Shown: positions 9,086 to 18,402 of the stretch, in pieces | How positions within the stretch are numbered: position 1 is the first letter of the stretch | Layout: each line of letters starts with the position of its first letter | Assembly (NCBI GenBank): GCA_028711065.1 | Contig: JAQTSY010000001.1 | Location: forward strand, 86,610-150,609 | Length of the DNA: 64,000 nucleotides | Direction of reading: 5' to 3' | From: Minisyncoccota bacterium | Lineage (GTDB): Bacteria > Patescibacteriota > Minisyncoccia > Phycocordibacterales > JAQTLZ01 | Notes under the pieces: generated by a model | Database searches by the model: none | What the model was told of the DNA's origin: nothing | What the model saw: the letters and a program-made list of their open reading frames with translations, nothing else | Position numbers and translations under genes: made by a program

Positions 9086-10429
9086 ATGGCAAAAGAAATT
9101 TTTCAAGATGTAATACCTCCAGGAAAAAGAAGTATTCGGCGTATTCCATTGAAGGGACAGAAAGTTCCACCACCACCCAAACCCACCCGTGAGAAGGAAC
9201 GACTCGTGGAGACGCCCCCTAAAAGAGAGGTGAGAAGGGAAGAACCTCCTGTGCCTTTCATGAAAGAGACGCATTACTCTTACGAGGCTAAAAGGCGCTT
9301 TCCGAAGGGGCTTCTTTGGGGAGTTGTTGGTATCGTCGTTCTTGCACTCCTTGTTTTTCTCCTAACAACTTTCTCCGCAAGCGCGAAGATTACAATTACT
9401 GCTCGGGAGGCCGACACTTCTCTTGATAGTGATTTCCTAGCGCAGCAAAATCCAAGCAAGGATGCTATCGCGTATCAAATTATTCCTGTTTCAGAAGATG
9501 CAAAAGAGATTGTGAAAGCAAGCGGAACGGAAGACGCTAAAAAGAAAGCATCCGGGACTGTTGTTCTCTACAACAACTTTTCTACTACCCCCCAGAAACT
9601 CATTCGAAATACCAGAATTGCTACCGCTGATGGTCTCATTTACAGAATTGATTCGTCTGTAACAATACCCGGAAAATCAACAGTTGCAGGAAAGTCGGTA
9701 CCTGGTTCAGCAACTGTGCTTGCATACGCAGATTCTGCGGGAGAAGAATATAATGTCGGACTTGTTGATTTCACCATTCCAGGATTTAAAGGGACCACAA
9801 AATACAAAGATTTCTACGGAAGATCCAAAACTCCTATGCAAGGGGGGCTGATTGGGAAAATAAATACTATAACTCTTCAAGAACGCTCCGATGCAATTAA
9901 AAGATTGCAGACGAAAGCGGTAGCAGAACTTATCTCGCAAGCAAATACTCAAAGACAAGATGGTGCTGTGATCTTTTCAAATTCATATACAACAGATTTC
10001 TCAAATCTTCCAGACAGGCAAGCAGAAGGGAATTCCATTGAGGTAGGAGTTCATGCGAATCTCAAAGCGATCGCATTTGACGAGGCTGCCCTTGGAGCTC
10101 TCATAGCAGAGAAAACAATAAAAGATTTTGATCAGAGTCCAGTTGTTGTCTTAAATATGGATAGTCTTGCTTACGAAGCCAAGAAGGCTGATCCGAAACA
10201 CCCATTTGATCCTGGGGCAATTCCATTTCACTTAAAAGGCCAGCCAAAAATCCAATGGATTTTCGATTCCGCAAAAATTAAATCTGACGTTGCAGGGAAG
10301 CCACGCGGCGATCTCCAAAATATCCTTGCAGCATACCACGGAATAGAAAAAGCCGAGGTAGTCGTCAAACCATTCTGGCTTCGTTCTTTCCCCTCTGATA
10401 CCTCAAAAATCGCTATCGAACAGCACTAA
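9086..10429 (+). CDS. Bitopic membrane protein with a baseplate-J-like extracellular domain (CPR conserved)
   Basis: DVIPP-containing cytoplasmic tail, single TM, KASGTVVLYN...LIRNTR...ADSAGEEYN, C-terminal PFW..SFP. Confidence 0.65.
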   Translation: MAKEIFQDVIPPGKRSIRRIPLKGQKVPPPPKPTREKERLVETPPKREVRREEPPVPFMKETHYSYEAKRRFPKGLLWGVVGIVVLALLVFLLTTFSASAKITITAREADTSLDSDFLAQQNPSKDAIAYQIIPVSEDAKEIVKASGTEDAKKKASGTVVLYNNFSTTPQKLIRNTRIATADGLIYRIDSSVTIPGKSTVAGKSVPGSATVLAYADSAGEEYNVGLVDFTIPGFKGTTKYKDFYGRSKTPMQGGLIGKINTITLQERSDAIKRLQTKAVAELISQANTQRQDGAVIFSNSYTTDFSNLPDRQAEGNSIEVGVHANLKAIAFDEAALGALIAEKTIKDFDQSPVVVLNMDSLAYEAKKADPKHPFDPGAIPFHLKGQPKIQWIFDSAKIKSDVAGKPRGDLQNILAAYHGIEKAEVVVKPFWLRSFPSDTSKIAIEQH

Positions 10430-10519
10430 TTTTGGCCAAACGCCCGAAAAACCCCTTAGGGTGTTGACTTTTTGCCCATTCTTTTGCTAGTATTGTGAAG
10501 CTCAAAGTTTTAAAAGGAG

Positions 10520-10738
10520 ATGCAGAACCCACAACAGAGACCCGAATCCGTGCTCGGTATAGTTACCGAAGCACTTCCAAATGCTCTTTTTAAGGTCAAA
10601 ATTGAAGGGAAAGATGAGTTGCTCACGTACCTTTCAGGCAAAATGCGCCTGAATCGAATTCGAGTACTCATCGGCGACAAAGTAGAAGTTGAGCTCGAAC
10701 CTTACGGAGGAAAGGGAAGGATCATCAGACGTTTGTAA
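10520..10738 (+). CDS. infA: Translation initiation factor IF-1
   Basis: [28 protein letters not shown]. Confidence 0.97.
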   Translation: MQNPQQRPESVLGIVTEALPNALFKVKIEGKDELLTYLSGKMRLNRIRVLIGDKVEVELEPYGGKGRIIRRL

Positions 10739-10801
10739 AATTTAATGTCCGGTAGATTTGCCGGAGCAGAAACAGTTACATACTGTTTTTCTTGTATTTA
10801 A

Positions 10802-10918
10802 ATGAAGGTAAAATCATCAGTTAAAAAAATGTGTCCGCAATGCAAAGTAGTCCGACGAAAGGGCTATGTTTATGTCATTTGCAAAAGCGACCCGCGGCAC
10901 AAACAGCGACAAGGCTAA
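10802..10918 (+). CDS. rpmJ: 50S ribosomal protein L36 (not in the ORF track)
   Basis: Manual translation: [38 protein letters not shown], a Zn-ribbon form. Confidence 0.98.
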   Translation: MKVKSSVKKMCPQCKVVRRKGYVYVICKSDPRHKQRQG

Positions 10919-10939
10919 TTTTAATAAAAATTATTTATC

Positions 10940-11320
10940 ATGCGAATCGTAGGAATCACAATACCAGACAATAAGAGACTCGAAATCGGACTTACCTCCC
11001 TCTATGGTATTGCGCGCTCACGTGCTCAAAGCATTCTCGACGAAGCAAAGATCGAACACGGACGAAAAGCGAAAGATTTGAAACCTGAAGAAGAAAACGA
11101 GATCCGAAAGATCATCGAAAAGATGAAGATCGAAGGAGATTTGAAACGAGAAGTCGGCGCAAACATTAAGCGTTTGAAAGACATCAAAGCATACCGAGGA
11201 ATCCGACATCTTCGAAGCCTTCCATCACGAGGCCAGCGAACAAAGACCAATTCCCGAACACGACGAGGAAACGTACGAAAGACTATGGGTACCGGACGAC
11301 GAAAAGAAACAAAGACATAA
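10940..11320 (+). CDS. rpsM: 30S ribosomal protein S13
   Basis: YGIAR, EGDLKR, YRGIRH..LP.RGQRTKTNSR. Confidence 0.98.
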   Translation: MRIVGITIPDNKRLEIGLTSLYGIARSRAQSILDEAKIEHGRKAKDLKPEEENEIRKIIEKMKIEGDLKREVGANIKRLKDIKAYRGIRHLRSLPSRGQRTKTNSRTRRGNVRKTMGTGRRKETKT

Positions 11321-11330
11321 AATAATTTAA

Positions 11331-11765
11331 ATGGGAAAGAAAAGAATCACAACAGAAGCGGGAGCCAGTGGAAGTGCTGCGAAAACAGACGCTTCTTCGC
11401 GCGCTTCAACAAAAAAGAAGTACGACCGAGGAATTCTCCACGTTGAATCTACGTACAACAACACTAAGCTCCTCCTCACAGACGAGAAGGGAAATGCCCT
11501 CTGCGCTTCTTCATCCGGTTCTATCGGTTTTGCGGGTGCAAAGAAGGGAACTCCTTTCGCAGCTGCAAAGATCGGCGAAACCCTTGCAGCAAAGGCCGCA
11601 GTTTTGGGCATCAAAGAAGTATCTGTCGTTGTAAAAGGTGTCGGTTCAGGGCGAGAATCAGCGATCAGAGGATTTATTTCAAAAGGAATCAATTTGCTCG
11701 AAATTTCAGACCGAACACCGGTTCCGCATAACGGCCCAAAGCCTCCAAAACCTCGACGCGTATAA
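11331..11765 (+). CDS. rpsK: 30S ribosomal protein S11
   Basis: STYNNT, KKGTPFAA, GSGRESAIR, TPVPHNG. Confidence 0.98.
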   Translation: MGKKRITTEAGASGSAAKTDASSRASTKKKYDRGILHVESTYNNTKLLLTDEKGNALCASSSGSIGFAGAKKGTPFAAAKIGETLAAKAAVLGIKEVSVVVKGVGSGRESAIRGFISKGINLLEISDRTPVPHNGPKPPKPRRV

Positions 11766-11777
11766 TTTTTAATACCT

Positions 11778-12389
11778 ATGAAAATTGGACCACGATACAA
11801 AATAGCACGACGCCTCGGCGCTCCCATCTACGAAAAGACGCAGAATCCTAAATTTGCGATTCGAGAAGCTCGACGCGGAAGAAAGGAATACAAGCACCCA
11901 AAACAGCGCTCTGAATTCGGTATTCAGCTTATCGAAAAGCAGAAAGCTCGACTCACCTACGGAATGGGAGAAAGACAATTCGGCCGATACGTCGAAGAAT
12001 CAATGACAAAGAAAGGAGTAAAGCCTACGGAAGAGCTCTACACCATGCTTGAATCTCGACTCGACAATGTCGTCTATCGAATGGGACTTGCTCCGACACG
12101 AGCCGCTGCACGACAGATGGTAAACCACGGCCATATCAATTTGAATGGAAAAAGAGTTTCTATTCCTTCTGCGCAGACAAAGATTGGCGATGTTATCTCT
12201 ATCCGAGAGCGAAGCGTCAAGAAGCCTCTTTTTGGCCCGCTTGAAGAGAGACTCAAGACCTACACTTGCCCTTCATGGATCAAATTCGACAATGAAAAGA
12301 AGACTGGAACGATACAAGGAGCGCCAAAGGCAGAACCGATAAATACCGTGTTTAATCTGGCAATGGTACTGGAATTTTATAGCAGATAA
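11778..12389 (+). CDS. rpsD: 30S ribosomal protein S4
   Basis: QLIEKQK, LESRLDNVVYR, ARQMVNHGH, EFYSR. Confidence 0.98.
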   Translation: MKIGPRYKIARRLGAPIYEKTQNPKFAIREARRGRKEYKHPKQRSEFGIQLIEKQKARLTYGMGERQFGRYVEESMTKKGVKPTEELYTMLESRLDNVVYRMGLAPTRAAARQMVNHGHINLNGKRVSIPSAQTKIGDVISIRERSVKKPLFGPLEERLKTYTCPSWIKFDNEKKTGTIQGAPKAEPINTVFNLAMVLEFYSR

Positions 12390-12497
12390 TTAAACGGGGG
12401 AATGGTCGCTTTCCTCCAATACAATCCACATTTGCAAAATTGTCAAAAATAAGGTATATTTTTCAAGTCATTTTTTAACTTTTTAACCACAAAAACC

Positions 12498-13466
12498 ATG
12501 TTTGATCCAACAATCGTTCTTCCTTCAAAGCCAAAGATCATCTCCGAAAAAGAATTCGACGGAGTCTATGAAATAGACGGTTTTTATCCTGGATACGGAC
12601 ACACCATCGGCAACTCCCTCCGCCGAATCATCCTTTCGTCTCTCCCCGGCGCAGCCATCACCTCTGTGAAGATCAGCGGAGTAAGCCATGAATTTTCAAC
12701 TATCGCTGGCGTGAAGGAAGATGTTGTTACGATAATCCTCAATTTGAAACGAGTTCGGATCAAAATGCTCACCAACGAGCCTCAAACCCTTACCCTGAAA
12801 GTAAAAGGCGCGAAGGAAGTGACTGCAGAAGACATCAAAGCTTCCGGACAAGTTGAAATTTTGAACCCTGAACTTCACCTCGCAAGCATTACAGAAAAAA
12901 ATACCGAGCTTGAAATTGAGCTCAAGGTTGAAAAAGGTCTCGGATACATTCCAAAGGAAATTCTTATGAAAGAGCGAGTAGACATCGGAGCAATTACTCT
13001 TGATGCTATTTTCTCTCCCATCCGACGTGTAAACTACGAAGTAGAAAATATGCGAGTCGGCGACCGAACAGATTTCAACCGAATCAAGCTCTTCATTCAG
13101 ACTGACGGCACTATCACTCCAAAAGAAGCTCTCGAGAAATCGATCGAGATCATGATCCATCAATTGAAAGCCATCGTCGGCTTCAAGGAAGAAGAGGTGA
13201 AGAATGAAAAAGCTGATTCAAAAGAAGAGGCTGGAGCAGAAGGCAAGCCAAAGAAAGAGCTTGATGCAGAATTCTTGAAGACTCGAATCGAAACTTTGAA
13301 TCTCTCTCCTCGTACCCTCAACGCTCTCGCAAGCGCAAACATCCGAACTGTCGGAGGCCTTGTACGAAAGAAAGAAGAGGATATTTTGGATATCGACGGT
13401 CTTGGCAACAAGGGCGTTCAGGAGATCAAGAAAGCTTTGAGTAATTTCGGAATCGCGCTTAAATAA
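12498..13466 (+). CDS. rpoA: RNA polymerase subunit alpha
   Basis: GYGHTIGNSLRRIILSS, HEFSTI.GVKED, DAIFSPI; alpha-CTD LSPRTLNAL. Confidence 0.98.
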   Translation: MFDPTIVLPSKPKIISEKEFDGVYEIDGFYPGYGHTIGNSLRRIILSSLPGAAITSVKISGVSHEFSTIAGVKEDVVTIILNLKRVRIKMLTNEPQTLTLKVKGAKEVTAEDIKASGQVEILNPELHLASITEKNTELEIELKVEKGLGYIPKEILMKERVDIGAITLDAIFSPIRRVNYEVENMRVGDRTDFNRIKLFIQTDGTITPKEALEKSIEIMIHQLKAIVGFKEEEVKNEKADSKEEAGAEGKPKKELDAEFLKTRIETLNLSPRTLNALASANIRTVGGLVRKKEEDILDIDGLGNKGVQEIKKALSNFGIALK

Positions 13467-13476
13467 TTACACTTCG

Positions 13477-13827
13477 ATGCGTCACCATAATTCAAACAGA
13501 AAATTCGGACGAGAAACAGATCAGAGACGAGCTCTCATGCGATCTTTGGCGTATTCTCTCATCAAGCACGGCCACATCACTACAACCGAAGCAAAAGCAA
13601 AGGAACTCCGACCATACATGGAGAAGCTTGTTACCGCGTCTCGAGTAGACAACCGCGAAGCAATCCGACTTGTACAAGCAAAGCTTCCTATGAAATCCGC
13701 TGTAAACACGCTTTTCAAAACCATTTCACCAAAGTATAAAGATCGAAAAGGAGGCTACACACGAATCGTCAAGCTCCCACAGCGACTAAGCGACGGTGCG
13801 CGAATGGCAATGATCGCATTTGTATAA
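13477..13827 (+). CDS. rplQ: 50S ribosomal protein L17
   Basis: MRH, ITTTEAKAKE, RKGGYTRI. Confidence 0.98.
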   Translation: MRHHNSNRKFGRETDQRRALMRSLAYSLIKHGHITTTEAKAKELRPYMEKLVTASRVDNREAIRLVQAKLPMKSAVNTLFKTISPKYKDRKGGYTRIVKLPQRLSDGARMAMIAFV

Positions 13828-13835
13828 ACACCATC

Positions 13836-14180
13836 ATGAAATACACAATTGACGCAACAAATCAGAAACTCGGCCGACTTGCTAGTAAGACAGCGAGCCT
13901 TCTTATGGGCAAGAACGAAGCGAGCTACACAAAGAACGCAATGCCTGAAGTGAAAGTGGAAATCACCAACGCTTCAAAAGTTTCTGTTACCGAGAAAAAG
14001 CTTACAGAAAAGATCTACAAGCAGTATTCCGGCTATCCGGGAGGTTTGAAATCAAAGAGTATGAAGCAGGTTGTCGCAAAGCTCGGCCATCAAGAAATTA
14101 TTTCTGACGCAGTCTACGGAATGCTTCCAAAGAACAAGCTCCAGAGAAAAATGATGAAGAACCTAACTATCACCGCATAA
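13836..14180 (+). CDS. rplM: 50S ribosomal protein L13, short form
   Basis: IDA...LGRLAS, SGYPGGLK, AVYGMLPKNKL. Confidence 0.95.
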   Translation: MKYTIDATNQKLGRLASKTASLLMGKNEASYTKNAMPEVKVEITNASKVSVTEKKLTEKIYKQYSGYPGGLKSKSMKQVVAKLGHQEIISDAVYGMLPKNKLQRKMMKNLTITA

Positions 14181-14185
14181 ACAAA

Positions 14186-14599
14186 ATGACACCAACAGAT
14201 ACAAAAGAAGGACGATATATTGAATGCGTAGGACGACGAAAGACCGCGATTGCGCGAGTGCGAATGACTCCGTCTGCAAAAGGTTCTTTCACCGTAAACA
14301 ACAAAGATCTTCAGAGCTACTTTGGAACAAACGAGCTCCGCGTGTCAGTCATGAATCCGCTCACAGAAGCAAAGCTCGCAGGTAAATTCAAAATTACAGC
14401 AATGGTCAAAGGTGGGGGAATCACCGGTCAAGCAGAAGCGCTCCGACACGGAGTAGCCCGAGCACTCGTAGAACACGATGCAGAACTGCGAAAATCAATG
14501 AAAAAACTCGGTTTCCTAAAACGAGATCCAAGAGCAAAAGAAAGACGAAAATTCGGATTGAAAAAGGCCCGCAAATCTCCACAGTGGTCGAAGAGATAA
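14186..14599 (+). CDS. rpsI: 30S ribosomal protein S9
   Basis: GRRKTAIAR, GGG..GQA, ERRKFGLKKARKSPQWSKR. Confidence 0.98.
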   Translation: MTPTDTKEGRYIECVGRRKTAIARVRMTPSAKGSFTVNNKDLQSYFGTNELRVSVMNPLTEAKLAGKFKITAMVKGGGITGQAEALRHGVARALVEHDAELRKSMKKLGFLKRDPRAKERRKFGLKKARKSPQWSKR

Positions 14600-14604
14600 C
14601 AAAC

Positions 14605-14630
14605 AAAGCCCCCCTGCGGGGCTTTTTTGT
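14605..14630 (+). terminator. Intrinsic terminator of the ribosomal protein operon
   Basis: AAAGCCCC-CCTGC-GGGGCTTTTTT. Confidence 0.8.
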
Positions 14631-14640
14631 ATCTCTTTGA

Positions 14641-14745
14641 CGGCCGGAGCGATGTTTCGTCAGTAGGCGAAACCGCGAGGCGGGCTCGCGAGTACTTACG
14701 TCCGCGCAACCTTGCGAAGACAAGGTGAGCAGACTTAGTAACTTG
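14641..14745. repeat. GC-rich structured intergenic element
   Basis: GGCCGGAGCGATGTTTCG-TCAGTAGG-CGAAACCGCGAG...CTCGCG...ACCTTG-CGAAGA-CAAGGT: nested hairpins, much more GC-rich than the flanks. Confidence 0.45.
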
Positions 14746-14777
14746 TGAGGTAAACGATAATTCTGTATCCTATCTGC

Positions 14778-15014
14778 ATGAAGTTGAAATTCTCCGTACA
14801 TTTCAAATTCCGTCTTGCAGAACGAGGTATCGACATAGATTATATAAAACGAGTAATACAGAGCCCTGACCAGACGTCTCATTCTCTAGAAGGACAGACA
14901 GTGGCTATTAAGGCTATATCGAGCAGAAAATTGAAGGTTGTTTATGCGAGAAAACTCGATAGAAAAGGAAGTATTGAATATATAATCATTTCAGCGTATT
15001 ATTTAGATAAATAG
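14778..15014 (+). CDS. DUF4258-like (RelE/BrnT-like) putative toxin
   Basis: FSVHFKFRLAERGI...VIQSPD...LKVVY...IISAY; 1 nt upstream of a DUF2283 partner. Confidence 0.75.
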   Translation: MKLKFSVHFKFRLAERGIDIDYIKRVIQSPDQTSHSLEGQTVAIKAISSRKLKVVYARKLDRKGSIEYIIISAYYLDK

Positions 15015-15015
15015 G

Positions 15016-15240
15016 ATGAAAATAACATACGACAAATTAGCTGATGCAATGTATATCTATTTCCGAAAGGGAAAGATAAAAAAGACTGTTGAAATGAACA
15101 GGAATTTTATTGCTGATATGGATACAAAGGGTAATGTTTTAGGATTAGAAATTCTCAATGCGTCTTCACAGTTGCCTAAAAATCAGATTGCAAAAAGTAT
15201 TAAAACTGGGATTCCTCTTGTTCCAGCATTGGCGAGATAG
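15016..15240 (+). CDS. DUF2283 putative antitoxin
   Basis: MKITYDKLADAMYIYF...DMDTKGNVLGLEILNAS. Confidence 0.88.
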   Translation: MKITYDKLADAMYIYFRKGKIKKTVEMNRNFIADMDTKGNVLGLEILNASSQLPKNQIAKSIKTGIPLVPALAR

Positions 15241-15352
15241 TTTGTTTTAGTAAATTAAAGGTACCTGACCCCTTTATCCTTTATCTTTGGGAAAGATTGA
15301 AATTAGCATAACTAGCAAGGATCGTCTTTACCAAAGTAAAGAGAAAACATTT

Positions 15353-16060
15353 ATGAAACTCCATATCGTCATGCATGAAAGTTTTGAATCGCCAGCGGCG
15401 ATCGAAAACTGGGCCAAGAAAAAAGGCAGCGACATCACGTACACAAGACTGTATGCAGGAGACACATTTCCAGAAAAATTGGATTTTGATTTTCTAGTAG
15501 TGATGGGCGGGCCACAATCTCCGCACACCACGCTTGAAGAATGTCCGCATTTTGATGCAAAGAGAGAACTCGCTTTTATAAAGAAAACTATCGACAAGAA
15601 AAAGATCGTATTGGGGGTGTGTCTTGGAGCCCAATTTATTGGAGAAGCTTTTGGTGCTAGAGTAGAACATAGTCCAACCAGAGAAATTGGAATTTTTCCG
15701 ATTACACTTACCGAAGAGGGAAAGAAGGACCCGATATTTTCCAAATTTCCCGAAACATTCTCAATCGGCCATTGGCACGGAGATATGCCCGGACTCACGG
15801 CAAAATCGAAAGTGCTTGCGACAAGCAAGGGCTGTCCGAGGCAGATAGTCCACTACGCGCCTAAGGTTTATGGCTTTCAGTGTCATTTTGAGTTTACGCC
15901 CGAGGCTATGGAGGGAATGATAGAAAATAACTCGGAAGAACTCAAGAAATACAAAGGACTGCCATACATAGAAACAGCCGAACAACTACGCACGCATGAT
16001 TATACGGAAATGAACAAACTCCTGTTCGGCTTTTTGGATAAAATAACTAATCAAAATTAA
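15353..16060 (+). CDS. Type 1 glutamine amidotransferase (GMP synthase-like)
   Basis: MGGPQS, nucleophile elbow GVCLGAQ, WHGD, QCHFE. Start at ATG 15353. Confidence 0.92.
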   Translation: MKLHIVMHESFESPAAIENWAKKKGSDITYTRLYAGDTFPEKLDFDFLVVMGGPQSPHTTLEECPHFDAKRELAFIKKTIDKKKIVLGVCLGAQFIGEAFGARVEHSPTREIGIFPITLTEEGKKDPIFSKFPETFSIGHWHGDMPGLTAKSKVLATSKGCPRQIVHYAPKVYGFQCHFEFTPEAMEGMIENNSEELKKYKGLPYIETAEQLRTHDYTEMNKLLFGFLDKITNQN

Positions 16061-16139
16061 GAACTGGCAAGGACTTTCCTTACTACTTGCCAAAACAAAA
16101 AAATCGCCAAATTAGGGATTTTTTGTTATATTTACTGAC

Positions 16140-16709
16140 ATGGAAAATTCTACAATCAGGTCAGTAAAAAAACCATTTTACAAAAGATGGTGGTTTTGGG
16201 CTGTCATTATCATTATAATCTACATTTTTTTTAGCTTTTTTCACACAATATATCCGTATGAAAGTATAGATGGTTCAATAAATTACAACCTCAGTGATGC
16301 AAATTTCAATTTGAAGCAAGCAACACCAACATTTAATTTGAAGATGGGTGTTCTTACGCAGCATAAAATTGTTTTCTTGGGTAAACTTGAAGATGCGGGA
16401 GGAAGTCTTTGGAGCGGTTTTTTATACAAGCCAGTCGTATACGCAACTATCAGTGATTCCTATGTAATCGAGTCTAAAGATTGCGAACTCAATTATCTGG
16501 GTAACGCTAATTCATTGCGAGTAGATGCTCCTACCAGTGAATCTTTATACCAATTGAAATGTTCTGACGTAGAACCCCAAGATAAATACGTAAAAGATAC
16601 TTACTATAGCAATCAGCTTTCCTCAGAAGAAGTAGATGCTCTTTCAAAAAACGGATACCAAATGCCCACAAAAGATGCTCCAACAGTGAAAATTACTCCG
16701 AGGATTTAG
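16140..16709 (+). CDS. Membrane-anchored hypothetical protein
   Basis: KKPFYKRWWFW followed by a hydrophobic helix; -10 box 7 nt upstream. Confidence 0.75.
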   Translation: MENSTIRSVKKPFYKRWWFWAVIIIIIYIFFSFFHTIYPYESIDGSINYNLSDANFNLKQATPTFNLKMGVLTQHKIVFLGKLEDAGGSLWSGFLYKPVVYATISDSYVIESKDCELNYLGNANSLRVDAPTSESLYQLKCSDVEPQDKYVKDTYYSNQLSSEEVDALSKNGYQMPTKDAPTVKITPRI

Positions 16710-16766
16710 ATTAATTTTTCTTATCTCAAAAATCTGCTATAATGCTGTTTCAAACAGTAATTTTCT

Positions 16767-17348
16767 ATGAATACCGACGACCAAAATACAAAAAAAGAGC
16801 CTGAAATCGAGGTTGAAAAGGACGATGTCGTCATCGAAAACATCGAAGAAGGGGAGAATCCTGCCGCTGCTTTGAAAAAGCTTCGGGAAAAGCTCAAGAC
16901 CGCTGTGGCTGAAAAACAACAGTATCTCGATGGCTGGCAGAGGACACAGGCTGACTTTTCCAATTACAAAAAGCGGGAGAAAGAGGAGCGGGAAAATCTT
17001 ATCAAATTTTCAAACGAGCAAATCATCCTCGACCTCATTCCTGCACTCGACAGCTTCGATATGGCAATGGCGAATAAAGAGGCTTGGAATGCTGCACCAG
17101 AGAACTGGCGAAAAGGCGTAGAGTATATATACTCGCAAATACTTTCCGTACTCGAGGGATACGGCGTGAAGCAGGTCAATCCGATAGGCGAGGAGTACAA
17201 TCACCTTCATCACGAGCCGTCTGTCATGACGCCAGTTGAAGAGGGAGAGAAAGATGGCAAAATTATTGCAGTGCTTCAGAAGGGATATTTGCTGAATGGA
17301 AAGGTGATTCGACCTTCAAAAGTGAACGTGGGGGAATTGAAGAAATAA
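16767..17348 (+). CDS. grpE: Nucleotide exchange factor GrpE
   Basis: QRTQADFSNYKKR, LIPALDSF, QKGY.LNGKVIRPSKV. Confidence 0.96.
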   Translation: MNTDDQNTKKEPEIEVEKDDVVIENIEEGENPAAALKKLREKLKTAVAEKQQYLDGWQRTQADFSNYKKREKEERENLIKFSNEQIILDLIPALDSFDMAMANKEAWNAAPENWRKGVEYIYSQILSVLEGYGVKQVNPIGEEYNHLHHEPSVMTPVEEGEKDGKIIAVLQKGYLLNGKVIRPSKVNVGELKK

Positions 17349-17355
17349 TAAATTT

Positions 17356-17949
17356 ATGAAAAAACAAATTTCTTTACTTTTAATCGGTGTGGTTGTAATC
17401 ATTCTGTTGAGTCTTGTCCCCTCCAATAAAAATGGAAGCACAAAAATTTCTTCTGAAACTCCATACTCTTCTCCTGCAATATTGGAAGAAAAAGTACCGG
17501 GGACAGAAAGCTGGAAAACCTACAAAAATGATACATATGGGTTTGAGTTTAAATATCCCGCAGAATTTGGAGACCCAAATCCTCATCAATTTGGCGACCC
17601 GAAAGAATTCCCAGTAGATACTTTGAAGAGTTGCGTTCACTCAGAATACTCGGACATGGGTCTGGTATCTTTTAAAAACATCGATGTTGGTCTTGCCTGT
17701 CCCGGTGTTCTGGAGAATAGATATAAAGGCGGAAAGGAATTTTTTCTTGTGGATGGTAAAACAGCTTATCTTTTTGATTACATATCTCCTGTAGGCTTTT
17801 CAAACAAAGAAGCATACATACCACTTTCAAACGGTGCCTACTACTTATCAATTGTCCATACGACGTATGAAGGAGGTCGCCCTGAAAAATATTTAGAATT
17901 GTCAAACGATGAATTCAGAAAAATTCTTTCCACTCTCAAATTCAAATAG
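17356..17949 (+). CDS. Exported hypothetical protein (PsbP-like, CPR WKTY family)
   Basis: Signal/TM segment, WKTYKNDTYGFEFKYP, C-terminal FRKILSTLKF. Confidence 0.7.
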   Translation: MKKQISLLLIGVVVIILLSLVPSNKNGSTKISSETPYSSPAILEEKVPGTESWKTYKNDTYGFEFKYPAEFGDPNPHQFGDPKEFPVDTLKSCVHSEYSDMGLVSFKNIDVGLACPGVLENRYKGGKEFFLVDGKTAYLFDYISPVGFSNKEAYIPLSNGAYYLSIVHTTYEGGRPEKYLELSNDEFRKILSTLKFK

Positions 17950-17954
17950 AAAAA

Positions 17955-18287
17955 ATGAAAACAATACAGCAAAAAAATAATCATATAGTTAAATTCTTCA
18001 CTGTCGACAAGGGAACGTCGGTGGTGATTTATGCTGTCGCTTTTCGCAAAGAGGGGAGCGAGCTTATTGCCGTTTCTGAACCTCGGATTGTACGAATCAT
18101 TGCAAAGGAACAGACGGTGCTCAAAGGGGAGGTTTCGAGCGGAAATTTTTCCTTGCCAGGAAAAATTTCCGCTTCCGTCCGACGACTTACGAAAACCCTT
18201 CCCGTCCTTTCACCATTTTTTAATACCTCAATTTTTCAAACTGGAATGATCGCGCAAATCGGCGCAAGACCTCCGTGCTTGCAATAA
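17955..18287 (+). CDS. Hypothetical protein upstream of dnaK
   Basis: Tightly coupled in the grpE-dnaK operon (5 nt gap); ends GARPPCLQ. Confidence 0.6.
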   Translation: MKTIQQKNNHIVKFFTVDKGTSVVIYAVAFRKEGSELIAVSEPRIVRIIAKEQTVLKGEVSSGNFSLPGKISASVRRLTKTLPVLSPFFNTSIFQTGMIAQIGARPPCLQ

Positions 18288-18293
18288 GCGCGA

Positions 18294-18402
18294 TAAATCC
18301 GAAGCACTAAATTTCGAAATCCGAAAAAAGCATTAATTTTAAAAATTTTAGATATTTGAATTTAGATATTGTTTCGGATTTCGATATTCGAATTTCGTGC
18401 TT
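18294..18402. repeat. Heptamer-periodic inverted-repeat element
   Basis: TAAATCC GAAGCAC TAAATTT CGAAATC CGAAA ... TTTCGGA TTTCGAT ATTCGAA TTTCGTG CTT; the two arms are complementary. Confidence 0.7.

Noticed and set aside
9086-10429. Baseplate-J-like gene as evidence of a prophage or tailocin
   Set aside because: It has a TM anchor, sits among housekeeping genes, and has no other tail genes nearby.
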